A stretch of DNA of 64,000 nucleotides from positions 87,544,001-87,608,000 of the forward strand of contig NC_043000.1 in assembly GCF_006345805.1 (NCBI RefSeq), in the 5' to 3' direction. The translations under genes were made by a program, and so were the position numbers. This document shows positions 39,328 through 54,496 of this stretch, one piece after another. Origin of the DNA: Octopus sinensis. Taxonomy: Eukaryota. Numbering within the stretch: the first letter of the stretch is position 1; the number at the start of each line of letters is the position of its first letter. A model generated the notes under the pieces. That model was not told where the DNA came from, ran no database searches, and saw only the letters and a program-made list of their open reading frames with translations.

Positions 39328-39358
<31 letters not shown>

Positions 39359-39359
<1 letters not shown>

Positions 39360-39570
39360 AGGTGGCGAGCTGGCAGAGATGTTAGCGCACCGTCAAAATG
39401 CTTATCAGCGCTTCGTCCGTCTTTACGTTCTTAGTTCAAACTCCGTCGAAGTTGACTTTGCATTTTATCCTTTCGGGAGCGATAAAATAAGTACTAGATA
39501 AGCACTGGGGTCGCCGAAATCGACTTACCACTCCCTGAACGTACTAACCTTCTGCCAAACTTGACACCAT
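39359..39570 (+). mobile_element. tRNA-derived SINE, family A
   Basis: aaggtggcgagctggcagagatgttagcgcaccg head and family A body. Confidence 0.8.
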
Positions 39571-39571
39571 T

Positions 39572-39750
39572 CTTCTTCTTCTTCTTCTTCTTCTTCTTCT
39601 TCTTCTTCTCTTCTTCTTCTTCTTCTTCTTCTTCTTCTTCTTCTTCTTCTTCTTCTTCTTCTCTTCTTCTTCTTCTTTCTTCTTCTTCTTCTTCTTCTTC
39701 TTCTTCTTCTTCTTCTTCTTCTTCTTCTTCTTCTTCTTTTTCGTATTATA

Positions 39751-39789
<39 letters not shown>

Positions 39790-39808
39790 TTATTATTATT
39801 ATTATTAT

Positions 39809-39850
<42 letters not shown>
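39572..39850. repeat. Compound (TTC)n-(ATT)n-(AGT)n trinucleotide microsatellite
   Basis: Direct reading; similar (GAA)n at 6631-6720 and (GA)n at 47690-47781. Confidence 0.95.
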
Positions 39851-39851
<1 letters not shown>

Positions 39852-40520
39852 CGTATTTTCACTTCTCAGAACTATCGATTTCACTTGCTCCGGTTAATTC
39901 TGAACGGACAAAAACCTGATGTCAAGGGTCATGCAGGCTCTCTTTCCACGATACTGAACATCCAAGAACCAGTCATAAAATTTCTCGCTGTTCCCAATAA
40001 AACAGTCTTCTGACCATGTTCTACCCTCAAGTCAATTCCAATTTCTCCAACAAATTTCTTAAACCTCGTTGTTAATGCTCCCAATGTCTCTGCAACTCTT
40101 GGAATGACAGTTACTTTCTTCATTGCCCACATTCATGCAATCTCATCTTTCAGTGGCTTATACTTCTCAATCTTTTCCAGCTCTTTGACATCTCCGAGTA
40201 TAGCAATATCTATGATCTTGTTTTCCTTAATTATTTTATCAACCCCAATAACGTCTGGTCTCTGGACGTTATTGATCCCTGATTGTAAAACCCCACAAGA
40301 TTTTATGTTCATTATTTTCGGTGACACCTCTTTATATATTCTCGTAGCATTTCAATGTCCTTTCAAGGCCGTACTTCTCGCACAATCTCCAATAAACATT
40401 TCTAGCTACGTAATCATGCCTCCTTTTGTATTTCTTTTGAGCCAGTTTGCTACACTCTCTCATAATATGTGAGGTTGTTTCATTTTTGATGCCACACATC
40501 CTGCAAGGAGGCCATATTCC
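39850..40520 (-). mobile_element. Dong/R4-type LINE 3' end
   Basis: QRPDVIGVDK..IIDIAILGD..EKIEKYKPLKDEIA; VTVIP..LGAL; QKTVLLGTAR. Confidence 0.85.
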
Positions 40521-40533
40521 CTCTATTATTATT

Positions 40534-40740
40534 GCGGTGAGCTAGCAGAATCGTTAGCACGCCGGGCGAAATGCTTAACTGTATTTCGTCTGTTACTATA
40601 TTCTGAGTTTAAATTCCGCCGAGACCGACTTTAGCTTTCATCCTTTCGGAGTCGATAAATTAAGTACCAGTTACGCACTGGTGTCGATGTAATCGACTAC
40701 CCACTCCCCTAAATGTCAGGTCTTGTGCCTATAATAGAAA
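40534..40740 (+). mobile_element. tRNA-derived SINE, family A
   Basis: gcggtgagctagcagaatcgttagcacgccgggcgaaatgctt; ends in (ATT)n. Confidence 0.85.
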
Positions 40741-40742
40741 GG

Positions 40743-43033
<2,291 letters not shown>

Positions 43034-43039
43034 TATTAT

Positions 43040-44190
43040 TATGATTGTTGTTGTTGTTGCTGTTTCTGTTGCAGCTGTTGCTGCCGTTGTTGGTATTTGT
43101 ATTATTTTAATTTTTATTCACTTAACTTCTAGTTTATCTATTACTATGTCACGTCTCATCTTCTTTGTGATGACATCAGCAGTGGCATTCATCAAGGAAC
43201 TTAATTTGGTGATATACTTAGTTTTCATGACAACTTCATTCGCTTTCCCGAATTCTGATCTTAGCTTTTCTTCCACCACATCGTTTTCAATGATGGTAAT
43301 CTTTTCTTTTTCTCAAGTAACATTACCTCCAGAATTCTGTCTCGAAGACTATCTAGTTCTGGGCTAATTTATTCCGTTGGCTTTCTAGTTGAAATTACAC
43401 TAATGTTTTCTACGTATTGTAGACGCCTCCTTCCATGTCCCAGCTTTATAGATTCTCTTGTTCTACGTGTATTTCTTCTAGACCAGTTGTCCCCTGTAGT
43501 TTCTTTCTCACTTCCATTATTATCTTCTCTTGCTCCATCTTCTCTAGTCACATTATGGTATTAATTTGTCTAATCTGATCAGTCATTGTTAATTTACATC
43601 CTTCAGCTCTTCATACTGATATGTTTCCAGAGCTCTAATAACCCTTTCCTATAGCCTCTTTTCAATGGTTTATTCCTAAAATAACATTCAAACAACAATT
43701 TGTTGTTATCCTTTGTTGTTAAGGTTCAGCAGCAGCTTTACGACCGGGCCTACACTGCTGTTCCACAGGACACTGTCCGAACGCGACACCTTCGCTTGAG
43801 CGTCTTTGACGCCGTTTGAATTAATTCTTATTATTAACATTTCTCTTGTAATTGAGGTATGTGTTTAAAGGTAACCATCAATCAGTAATTATACTGTGTT
43901 ACCATCCCAAGACAGGTTGTCACCTAAGATTTCTGAGAGGCTTGTCTTTCCTGGTTTAAGCTGGCTTCCCTGCGTTGGTCGCCACCTCCAGTATTTATCC
44001 TCGCAGTACTTAAATACTCATATGCGTTGTTGGATGGCCGTTGACTTTCTTGAGATCAACCGCTCTTTAGCAGGTCTTATTTTTCGTCCTGCAGAGTATC
44101 AAACAAAATCCACCCTACTTACCGAGCAAACGCTTGGTAGGGTTGCGGTTTAGTCGTCGAAGGCCGGGCCATGAAGGAGGTTGTATTGAA
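43040..44190 (-). mobile_element. Dong/R4-type LINE 5' leader plus N-terminal coding remnant
   Basis: RGYRKGLLELWK (N-terminal motif) at about 43625-43660; leader homologous to 22823-22944. Confidence 0.65.
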
Positions 44191-44857
44191 TTACATGTTA
44201 CCAACAGCACTAAAAGTGACCTGACATATTACAATTACTATTATTATTATTACCAGTTCCGTCTCAACCACCAAAAGTATTACTTCCACTAAAAACCAAT
44301 AATACTTATATTACCATTCCAATTATTATTCGTATCTACCATCATATTATTATGATAATTCGCACAATCTTAATCACTAACAAAATACAAGAGGTGGTGG
44401 TGGGATGAACCTGTGATTTCGGGTTTTTAAGCTTTTCGTTAGAAAAAGTTTCGGTATAGGTAGTGTGGACGTAATTAGATAGACGCACCGCCAGCAAACA
44501 AGTTTCTAACATTGAATAGAAAGATAGCAAAGCCCCATCAGCAAGCAGGTTTCTAACATTAAATAGAAAGATAACAAAATGCAAAGCAATAAATAAAGAA
44601 GGAATGATGAGAGAACAACTCTAAACTAAATTTTGTAAACGATGATGAGAAAAAGAAAAAAGTGTTTGTTTCTGCTTGTGTATTGAAAAAATAGTCCTGG
44701 TTTAGACAAAAGTTCGTAAAACCCAAATAAAACACAAGTTCAAAATAAGAACTTTTAATAATAAACGGGCGGCGGCGATTCCCAAAGTAGAAGAAAGCAT
44801 AAAAGAAATACAAACCCGAACAATATATATATTTATCTACAATACTAGTTGAGACAG

Positions 44858-45051
44858 TGTTGTGATGAGAGTTACGAAGAATAGAAACGATCCGAGTAGG
44901 TTGATAGTAGAGTGAAATCAGAAGGTGTCGGCTGGTTAGTTCACAAGGAATATTGATTATTAGTTCGTAAAGAGATTTGTTAATTCGTTACATTGTTTTT
45001 ACTATTGTCTGGTTATCTTATTTAATGTACGTAACTAAATACGTTAGAACA
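44858..45051 (+). mobile_element. 5' LTR of Gypsy element (TG...CA, 194 bp)
   Basis: Begins TGTTGTG, ends AACA, followed after 2 nt by PBS TGGCGACGAGG. Confidence 0.75.
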
Positions 45052-46460
45052 TCTGGCGACGAGGGTTTCGAAGCTAACGTAGGTTATTTAAACAATTTGT
45101 TCGTGATACAACTCGTTAAATAATGGAAGACCTATTGGCAAAAGCAACGAGAGCAGCAACATGTGTTGCAGAAGCAACTATTACAGCAACAACTACTACA
45201 ACAACAATTATTGAAGCAATATTGAAAGAAGTCCAAAAATAAGATAAATCCGTTTTCGCCGGGCGGCGTTTCGAATTCGATTAATGAATTCACTTAAACC
45301 CAGAGGAGAGTATAATTGTTGCATTATACTACTGAAGGTACGAGAAGATTTTTAAGCAAGATTGCAAATCATGGTCGGACGAACAAAAAGTTATTGCGAA
45401 AATTAGCTCCGTTAGAGCATGAACGTTACCGTAATTTCATATTTCCCTAAAAAAAACAATGAAATTTGTTTTAAAGCAACAATAGAATTACTGTGTAACA
45501 TATTCGGTGATAAAACTACTCTATTTAACACTCGAATGGAGTGATGGAATATAACGAAAAAAGAGAATGATGATTTTATCACATACGCAGGAACAGTCAA
45601 CAGGAGGTGTGAAAATTTTAAACTCGAAGAACTTGCACCTCAGATGTTCAAGTGTCTTATTTTTGTACAAGATCTTACAGCAAGCGAAGATACAGAAATT
45701 CGGGTAAGAATTCTTTCTAAGTTGGAACAAGTGATCCAAGATCTAACCTTACATTCCGTGGTAGAAGAATGTAAAAGGATGGTAAACCTGAAACCCGATG
45801 TAGAAAAAATTCAAGAAAAGGATTCCTCAAAAATACAGATATGCCGACCGGAAAAGATCAACCATAAAAAGAGCTCCAGGTCCTAATCTATGTTATGGAT
45901 GTGGGGGCATACATTTCAGAAAAGACTGTCCATTTAAAAATCAAAAATGTTACAGTTGCAAAAGTCACAAGATTTCACACTGCAGAACAAAATTACTAAG
46001 ATCAAACGTTAAAAATGCTAGAGTGCTCTCAGCAGAAACAAAAATCGACTCCCATATAAGACAATTCGTACACGTAAAAATAAATTGAATACATATTAAA
46101 CTTCAATTGGATACTGGAAGTGATATTTCAATAGTAAATATGGACACATGGAAAAATTATTCGATTTATGGGACCTATTGTAAAAACATAAATGTTTGTC
46201 GCTCTAAAAATAATTCGTCTGAAGAGTTAAGGAGAAACTTTTTTTAAATGTTTCCGCAAGTACTCTCGGACAAACTATACACAAAGACTGAAGCGTGTTT
46301 TGAATTAGATGATAACGTTACAACTGTGTTCTAGACTATTAGGCAGGTGTCTTTTGCAGAAATAAAGTAAGTGGACGATGAGTTGGACAGATTGGAAAAA
46401 AACGGTATCATTGAAAAAGTGGATTTCGTGTAATGGGGCAGCTCCGACTATACGTATAAC
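45052..46460 (+). mobile_element. Mag-like Gypsy internal region: gag, zinc knuckles, aspartic protease, start of RT (pseudogene)
   Basis: MFKCLIFVQDLTASEDTEIRVRILSKLE; CYGCGGIHFRKDCP; LQLDTGSDISIV; DELDRLEKNGIIEKVD; no 3' LTR found in the window. Confidence 0.85.
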
Positions 46461-47687
46461 AAAAGAGGGAGAGGAGCTGCAAAGAAAAAAACTAAAAGAA
46501 ATTCCACTTTCTCACATTAGTGGAAATTTCAAAAGGGGAGATGTAATGAGAGTTAGGATGCCCCCTTGCGAGAGATGACTTGTCCGAGTAAAGTGTTACT
46601 ACCGTCCAAAGAAGTGTAAGAGAAAGTCACAAAAAAGACAGTAGTTTATAGAACGCTGTCAACATCAAATAAAATTGTGGAAATAGCGACGGTGGAAGCA
46701 GTGGAGGACTGTCTAAAGGACATAAAGGACCTCACGACATTCTACACTAGAGGAACGAAGTATGGTACAGTGGAGGCTCGGTTTGCGACCGAACAGGACG
46801 CAATAAAGTACTCCACTGTGCCACTGAGGTCGTCAGAATGGGCACTACTGTCCACCTACTGAGGCAAACGTACGGCCAGAGTTAGGATTGGCAGAGTGCT
46901 CCCAGAGATCGATGAGGCATGGCTGGTGGCAGCCATCCTCTGCAACGCAGAAGAGGAAACAAAAAATCTGAAAGCCACAAGGACAACAGAGGTCAGCTGA
47001 TGGGGGATACAGCCTCGAGGCAACGGTCCAAATAAGTTTACCAGATTTGCAGAAAATAGAAGGGATTGTATTACCCGGGGATATAAAACTAAGAGTGGTA
47101 CTGGAGAGAAGACCGCCCATCTGCTACCACTGCAGAGTACAGGGGCACATGTAAGCAAAATGTCCCCAGCAACAAGAAAAGGAAGTAGAACAAGGGCAGC
47201 AGGAAGAAGAAAAGGAACAAAGAGCGGAGGTACAAATGCAAGTAAGCGAAAAGATAGAAAATGTAGGAGAAAAGTATACTGTTGGAAAGAGAAAGAAAAA
47301 AGAGAAGAAAACGGTAATTCACCACCCAAAAGTTCACAGAAAAAGATAAAAGAAAACATAGAGGAGAATCAATGCAAAAGACCAGAAACACCAAAAAGGA
47401 AAATTACGGAGAAGGAAAGAAGTGCGCAGAAAGGAAAGGAAGAGAGAAGAGAGATAGCAATAATAAAGAGTAAGATAGATACAGAGAAGGATGAGACACC
47501 GATACCAGGAACATCAGGAGAGAATAACGACGGAAAACGGGAGTTGGTACCGATAGGAAAACACATTCGAATGATGATAGACTATAAAAAGAGTGTAGAG
47601 ATCGAGAGAAAGATTACAAAAATGAAAAATGTAATGAGAGTCAAGTTATCAGGGAGGGAGTGTACCGAGGACGACAGGGCGGTCATG

Positions 47688-47785
<98 letters not shown>

Positions 47786-48155
47786 AAGGAACTATTTGGT
47801 GAAAACATTGAAATGTCACCGTTACAGGTTCGATACGATGAGATGCCACCAGTGGTGGCATTAGAAGATATAATAGAATATGTTATATGAAAGTAAGTGA
47901 AATATTTAAAATTTCAAAACAATGACTTTTAAAACAAAAAAATTGATCCAAAAAAAGAATAATGAACTATAAGTTAATATGTGATACATAAACAGTTAAA
48001 TGACACTACCTGCATGTGGGGGGGGGAGACATTTAATTTTTTTTCTTTATATCATTATATTCATAATTTCATTCGTATGTTTTATGTACCCCACTGTGTC
48101 GTGTTGTCTGTCCTTGTATTGTCCCTTCTTTGTAGAGCCAAGGTGCTCATAATAA
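46460..48155 (+). mobile_element. ORF1-only gag-like unit 1 (L1/Tx1 ORF1-like with CCHC knuckle), decayed
   Basis: TRGTKYGTVEARF..RVRIGRVLPEIDEAWLVAAIL; RPPICYHCRVQGH(M*)AKCP knuckle; K/E-rich tail; AATAAA at about 48150; no endonuclease or RT follows. Confidence 0.65.
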
Positions 48156-48159
48156 AGAA

Positions 48160-49330
48160 AATAGTTCGGAGTCGAGTGAAGTTGTTCAAAGTCGTAAATT
48201 TGTTACACTAAAGGTTAGTTGATGTTTACAGTTGCTGTTAAAATTATTATTGGTCAAATTGTTAGTTGTTTTTGTGCTGCTTTAGCAGCGATTTAAAGTT
48301 GTACTTTCTCTTGATAGTATCAAGAGATAAGCAACGAGAATGTACTATTCGAAACTTAGTGGTTCCGAATTTTTCTTTTCGGAGGAGGAGTCTGTTCGTG
48401 TCATCGAAAGAATGGATGAAGTTCTGAAGAAGACAAGTTTTGCAGAGGCGGCGGAGCTTAGAAAGAGGGAGGTAGACCTCTCCAACATCGAAAGTTACAG
48501 AAAAATGGTAACTAGAGTAGGTGGTGACGTTAAGCTGTTACCACCCCAGAAGAAAATGGAACAAATTGACAGAAAATATGTGATATACAAAGTATATTCG
48601 ATGGAAAACAGTAGAATTGAACATGTGGAAGAAAGGGTCATTGAACAGACATTGTGCTCGGTCTGATCAGACATTATGTATCTAGCCAGAGGGAGTAAAT
48701 TTGGATCCATAATAGTATTATTCAAGTCAGAAGCAAAAGCAATACAGAACGCAACGAGAACAATAAAAACAAATAAAGTGGTCCTTCTACCCACAGAAAG
48801 GACGTTAAGGATAAGAGTGCAGGGGATTCCACCAGAAGCTGATGTGGCTTGGGCCGTGGCGTCTATTCTCCTGGGTAGCGAAAAGGAGGTGGCCATCCTC
48901 CAAGCAACAAAAACGGACGGCTCAGTGTGGAAGGGACAGACGGTCGACCTGATTATACAAGCTGCGGTGGAGACACTGGAATATTTAGCGGAGACTGTCA
49001 ATTGGTGAACTGGTTTTGAAAGTGTGGGTGGAAGGCAGGACTCTTCGCTATTTTAAATGTGGCTAAAAGGGCCACATTAGGGCACACTACCCTCTACAAA
49101 AGCAAACAACAGAAGAAATGCCGGAAAGGAAGCAAGAGGATGAAATAAAGGAAGAATGGAGAGTGGTAGATGGAAAAAGGAAGAAGAGAAAAAGTGTCAT
49201 GTGGAACTCCAAACGTTGCCCACCCCACCCATAACTTCTGAGACCCACCCTCTCGCTACATACACCGAACCCACCCATTCCCCCCCTAGACAACCTAAAA
49301 AGAAAAAAAGAATCTTTGCTAGGTGTTTCT
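48160..49330 (+). mobile_element. ORF1-only gag-like unit 2, paralogous to unit 1
   Basis: ORFs 48340..48666 and 48676..49008: RGSKFGSIIVLF..RIRVQGIPPEADVAWAVASIL; degenerate knuckle EGRTLRYFKCG*KGHIRAHYP. Confidence 0.65.
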
Positions 49331-49334
49331 TCCT

Positions 49335-51060
49335 GTTTTGACGTCTCGGAGGACATGCTGGTCTATATATAATAGGTCGTTTGTCCATTTGGAACTTTTG
49401 CTGCATCCTTTCTGCTCTTCAGGCAGTATATCTTCCTCTTCATGATACTTATATATATATCCTTTGCAATAACATTTGTTAGCAACTTCCACATCAGTGG
49501 AATGCAGGTCATTGGTCGATAGTTATTTGCTATATTCCCTTTCTTTTGATACTTCACTATCAGCGACGGTTTACATTTCATAATCCATTCAGGAAAATCT
49601 CACAGAGAAACGTTTTAGCAGCACAGAGAAACGTTTTAGCAAAAATCCTGAGCCAAATCCGACCCAAGAGATTTCCAGTTTGGCAACCCTTTCAAGACAC
49701 TTTTCTCCTGTTTCTCTATTTTGGCAAATCTACGTTATTTCAGGTTGTCCAGAAGCAGGATATGGTTTATTTTCTAACCACTTCTAAATTTGTAGGATGA
49801 TTTAACCTCTCTCAGTGTCAGTGTAAGGGGGATAAAGGCAACCACGAATAGTAGTGGTGAGTGGATCATCTTGGAATATTCCCCTACTTATGTAGTCTTC
49901 ACCTAACTTATCTTGATCTGATGTTATAATATTCTATTTTGGCATATCTTTTACCTTTTTAATTATTCTGCATCGCCATTGTGTTTCACTTCGTGACTCC
50001 AAATGTTTCTTCAGAATTCATTTGTCTATTCTTTGTTAGGCGGTGCATTCGATGTAGCATCTCCATTTAGTTCCTTGTAAAATCTACTTTGATCTACTTC
50101 AAACAAATTATTTCGTCTAAAGTTTTCAATTCTGTAACTGTATCCCTTGATCTTGGCAGCTTTTGCTTTTATACTTTGTTTTAATTCTTCCATTACTGTC
50201 TTATATCCTTTTTTGTTTCAGCCAGTATTTCCTTTATATTCTTTATGGAATCCAGGTTTTACTCTATCCCCGTGGCTAAGAATATCTACCCTCGCAAGGG
50301 CATTTCGCAACTGCTCTACTTGGTCTTGTAACTTCTTTTCCCACTAGGGTTCTCTTTCTTTCATTGGGGATTGTGATATCTTGACACCAAATCTTTCCGT
50401 TATGACCATTGGTGCAGCATATATTAATTTGTTGGTTGTGGTGATATTAGTTTTCATCTTGTCTAATACTTGGTACCCCTCACTATTTTATTCTATTTTC
50501 TATAGAATATATTTTATTCTATTTTATTCTTCATCTTTTTTATTGATAGTAACCCTTTCTTTCTTCTGATTAATACCATGTAGTCTATCAGCAATTATAA
50601 AGCCTTCATCAGAAAAGTTATGCTCTGGTTCCTCGTGCACAGTTATGTGGCACTTGAACCTGTATATCCCCGCTTTTACTGTCATTGACATCTATTTGTA
50701 TTACATTGCTATTTTCCGTCTGGAAGACTCTGCGTTTGCTTTCTTTGATTTGTACTTCTGTTAAGCAGCCTTTCTTTCTTATCTATCTTACTTGGTCACT
50801 TGTTCTCTTTCGGGTTACATCTTACGTTCCTTTATCAAGCCATATCTCTCCAATTCTGCCCAAATCTGTTATGTTCACTTCGGATATAACTTTCCATCAC
50901 AGTTGCATTCAGTCTGCTCCAGCAAATTACTCCTCCTTTCTTTCGTACCGCAGTAGCTAGATGACGACCGGGTTACCGTGCTGTGCAGTTGACCACCAGC
51001 TGAGCGAGAGATCTTCACCGTTATCAGTTTCAATCTCATTTACGCCGTTGTTCATTACAT
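49335..51060 (-). mobile_element. Dong/R4-type LINE, N-terminal region to start of RT
   Basis: LPNWKS.GSD, NNYRPMTCIPLMWKLLTNVIA; leucine/lysine-rich pre-RT region similar to 11514..11876. Confidence 0.8.
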
Positions 51061-51167
51061 TTGTATTTGTCATTTTCACTCAAAGATGATAGTTTTGGTG
51101 ATGAGTTGACGCAACCACCGGCGTTTTTATTGAGACACCATTATCATCATCATCATCATCATCATCA

Positions 51168-51305
51168 TCATGGCTGTGTGGTAAGAAGCTTGCTTCCCTG
51201 CCACATGGTTCTGTGGCACCTTGGGCAAGTGTCTTCTACTATATCCTCGGGCCGACCAAAGTCTTGTAAGTGGATTTGGTAGATGGAAACTGGAAGAAGC
51301 CAGTC

Positions 51306-51308
<3 letters not shown>
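51168..51308 (+). mobile_element. SINE family B 5' half, ending at the internal (TA)n
   Basis: tggctgtgtggtaagaagcttgcttccc..gggcaagtgtcttctactata..ggtagatggaaactg. Confidence 0.8.
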
Positions 51309-51355
<47 letters not shown>

Positions 51356-53292
51356 CAGTGAACTCTCCCAAAACATTAGCAGGTTCGTGGCTATAGACGA
51401 AGATACCTGATTGAAGTGCTGTGCAATGGAACTGAACCCGAAACTACTTGGTTGTGAAGTGAGCTCCTTAATCATACACCCATCTCTACACCTACATTTG
51501 TATACATTCACTGCATGCGTATGGATGTCGTACGTATAGACACACATTGCTTACTGTAGCATCGTACACCTTAGTCTGTGTGTTCATACGTATGAGAACA
51601 TGCAAGTTAGCATCTTAACTTCCATTATCCCTGTTTATTTCTTAAACTATGTATGTCTGTTTTCTGTGTGTTTCTTTTTATATTTGCCTGTTGACGTGTG
51701 CCTAAATATGATTATTTTCTATCCGCAGCTTGACTCCATCTGTTCGCCTACAGAGTTACACATGTGTATATTAATAATGTTTTTCATAAGCTGCTTCTTG
51801 CGGTCGTTAACCTTACAACAAAAACCACCTCTTTCCTACCTCAAACTGAGCGGCTTCCTTTCCATCTTTCTCATTTTTCTTTCCTTTTCTTCTTCCTTTT
51901 CAATCATACCCTTTCTTCTTTATTTTCTACCATACCTTTTCTTTCGGCTTTTATTTTCACTCTACCTCCAATTTCACCCAGGCTTAAATTCTCTTTATGT
52001 GTCTTTCCATCAACGTTTTCCTCCCATGAGCATGTGCAAGGACTAACTAAAAAATGAACATGAAGTTTAATATGTCGTATAAGCATAGTGAAAAATTTTG
52101 AATATTATAACGAATGTTGGATGCCTAAAATGGAATAAGAGTATTTTATTGAATAGAATTTTACCCTCTGAAAATTAGGAGTCGAATGATATTTAGAGTA
52201 GTAGAAATAAATCAAACAAGTCGATACAGCTGGCATAAGTCTGAATGCAAAATATAAATGTTCAAGCAATGATATAAAAGCATGGAGACAATTTCATGCG
52301 AGAAACTTGAAGAAAGAATTCGTTAAGTTCCATATTTCAAAATATTATATAAATATATTTTTTGTGTTGAGTGATCTTTTCTCTTCCTTCTATTTACATT
52401 TTCGTGTTTATATCTTCATATTACTCCTTAATAGAGTAAAAACCTTTTGCATAGGCATAAAAAAACACAAACTAACTATGAAACTATAATGGAATTATAG
52501 TTTCATAGTTTGAATTCTTCTACCCAAAATTTTCCCAATCATGTTAAAGAAATCTTCCCTCAGAGAAACCTGAACATTTCATAAGAAAAATCAAATGGTT
52601 GTGCAGATTATTTTGACAAACTCAGGCTAGTGCATATTAATTTGGCATACATATACCTGGAATTCTCACTGAGAACTTTATTCGCAGAAGAGCATACTAC
52701 CTTCGGAGAAACAAAAATTTGAATGAGACCTTTTGAATTGGGTAAAAAGAGTTAGCAGCGTATTAATTTCCAACTACTACTAAAATTCTTTAAACAAGAA
52801 TTTAACATAGCTACGAAATTCCAGGAAAATCAATGTATCACTGGATAAGACGAAAATATCTTTAATAATATTTTCGAAAAAAAATTATACATAAATCTAA
52901 GCTTTAAATCCAAAGGCATTTCCTTCTATTGTAGAATAATTTTTCATCGGTTATAGCATAGCTTATTGTTAACAATATATAGCACCGCAAATAACTTAAT
53001 ATTACAGAATGCTAAATCTTCCATAACTAAGCCTACTCGGGTTTAACTTTCTGTTTACATCATTATACCAATTAGAGAATTATTTTTTTGCCTGGATGGA
53101 GATCTATTTTGTTATTCGATAAAACATCCAAAGTTGTCTAATGGTTTGATGTCTCCATGTTATTCTACGACGGGACAAAATCACTGGAAACCATATTGCA
53201 GACTTTTTGTATGAAATTATTTCTTATGAACTAGAACAGATCTCGTTAAAGCAATATGTTTAAGAATTACTGTTGAAATTATTCGCAGCATA

Positions 53293-54496
53293 CTAGGGTG
53301 GGCCGAAAAGTTCATAAACTATGAAGAAGTGATACTAAAGCTGTGAAACCTTGCATGCATTAATTTCAACACATATTAATAGCTGCATTATTTTATTTGG
53401 GTAAACTGACATTTCACTGCTTAAATTCTTCATGTAAATGGATAAAATTTGGCATCGTGGTATTACCAAGTACCTTCAGGGAAAGGATTTAGCCCTCAAA
53501 CACATGGTTGCTACGTTAGGAGATTATGCTCTAGTTTTATCAGCAGTGCAAAAGGGGGCAGATAAATTTAGGAGGGGAAGGGAAAGTCTTGAAGATGACT
53601 CACGGTTGGGACATCCTGCAACTGCCACCATTGAAGCAAACATTGACTGAGTTTATTACATGGTGATGGATGACAGCCAATTGATAATAAATTAAATAGC
53701 GAAGACTATTAACGTATCCTATGAGAGAGCTAAGACCATTCTGCGCAATGAACTTGGCCTAATAAGGGTTTTTGCTTGGTGAGTGCCACATCTTTTGACA
53801 CCTGATCAAAAGCGCCCCAAGCAGATCACATCACGGGAAAATCCGACATTGTTTGAGGCAGATCCAGCTGGTTTCTTTGAACATTTCGTAACCCAGGACG
53901 AGTGTTGGCCAGAGACAAAGAAACAATCCATGCAGTGGAAACACCTCTTCTCATCTGCTCCAAAGAAGGTCAACATCGTTTTATCTATAGGGAAGGTGAT
54001 GGCACCGATTTTGGGGATGTAAATGGCATTACCTTAATTGACTATCTTCAAAAGGGTCACACCATCGATGGAGAGTATTATGCCAACTTGCTGAGGCAGT
54101 TACGAAAGGCTGTCAATACGAAAGACCCAGGAGAACCTACGAAGCGTGTCTTGTTTGATCGGGACATTGCTCCAGCTTACAAGTACAGTAGATGACGTGT
54201 GTGGCTGTGGTTTTGTACTAGTCGATCGACCTCCCTATTCTCCTGATTTGACTCCATTAGACTATCATCTGTCTCCCAACATGAAAAACATTTGGCTAGG
54301 AAGCAGTATCATGTCTGCTGTTAATGGATTTTTTGACCAACAGAATGAAAGTGTCTTCACCAGAGGAATCCACGCACTGCAACACCGATGAAAGAAGTTT
54401 TGACCACAAGGTGGACTATGTTAAAAATGAAACCCCATTTGATCACATTCCATAAGAATATCTTGGTCAGCCCATAACCTGTTCAGCCGACCCTCG
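53293..54496 (+). mobile_element. mariner (DD34D) transposon, full length, inactivated
   Basis: MDKIWHRGITKYL..RGRESLEDDSRLGHP; VTQDECW; YSPDLTPLDYHL; imperfect TIRs ctagggtgggccgaaaagttcata / cccataacctgttcagccgaccctcg. Confidence 0.9.

Noticed and set aside
47160-47786. 208-aa K/R/E-rich ORF ending in ERERER
   Set aside because: Low-complexity tail of ORF1-like unit 1 running into a (GA)n microsatellite; no independent gene evidence
49601-49641. 20-bp direct repeat cacagagaaacgttttagca as a TSD or excision footprint
   Set aside because: Repeats are adjacent inside a decayed LINE; simplest reading is a local tandem duplication, as at 1395-1440 and 44490-44580
52697-52745. Minus-strand AG..GT bounded segment (VVCSSANKVLSENS) as an exon
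   Set aside because: Signals are mediocre and expected by chance in AT-rich DNA; no recognisable product
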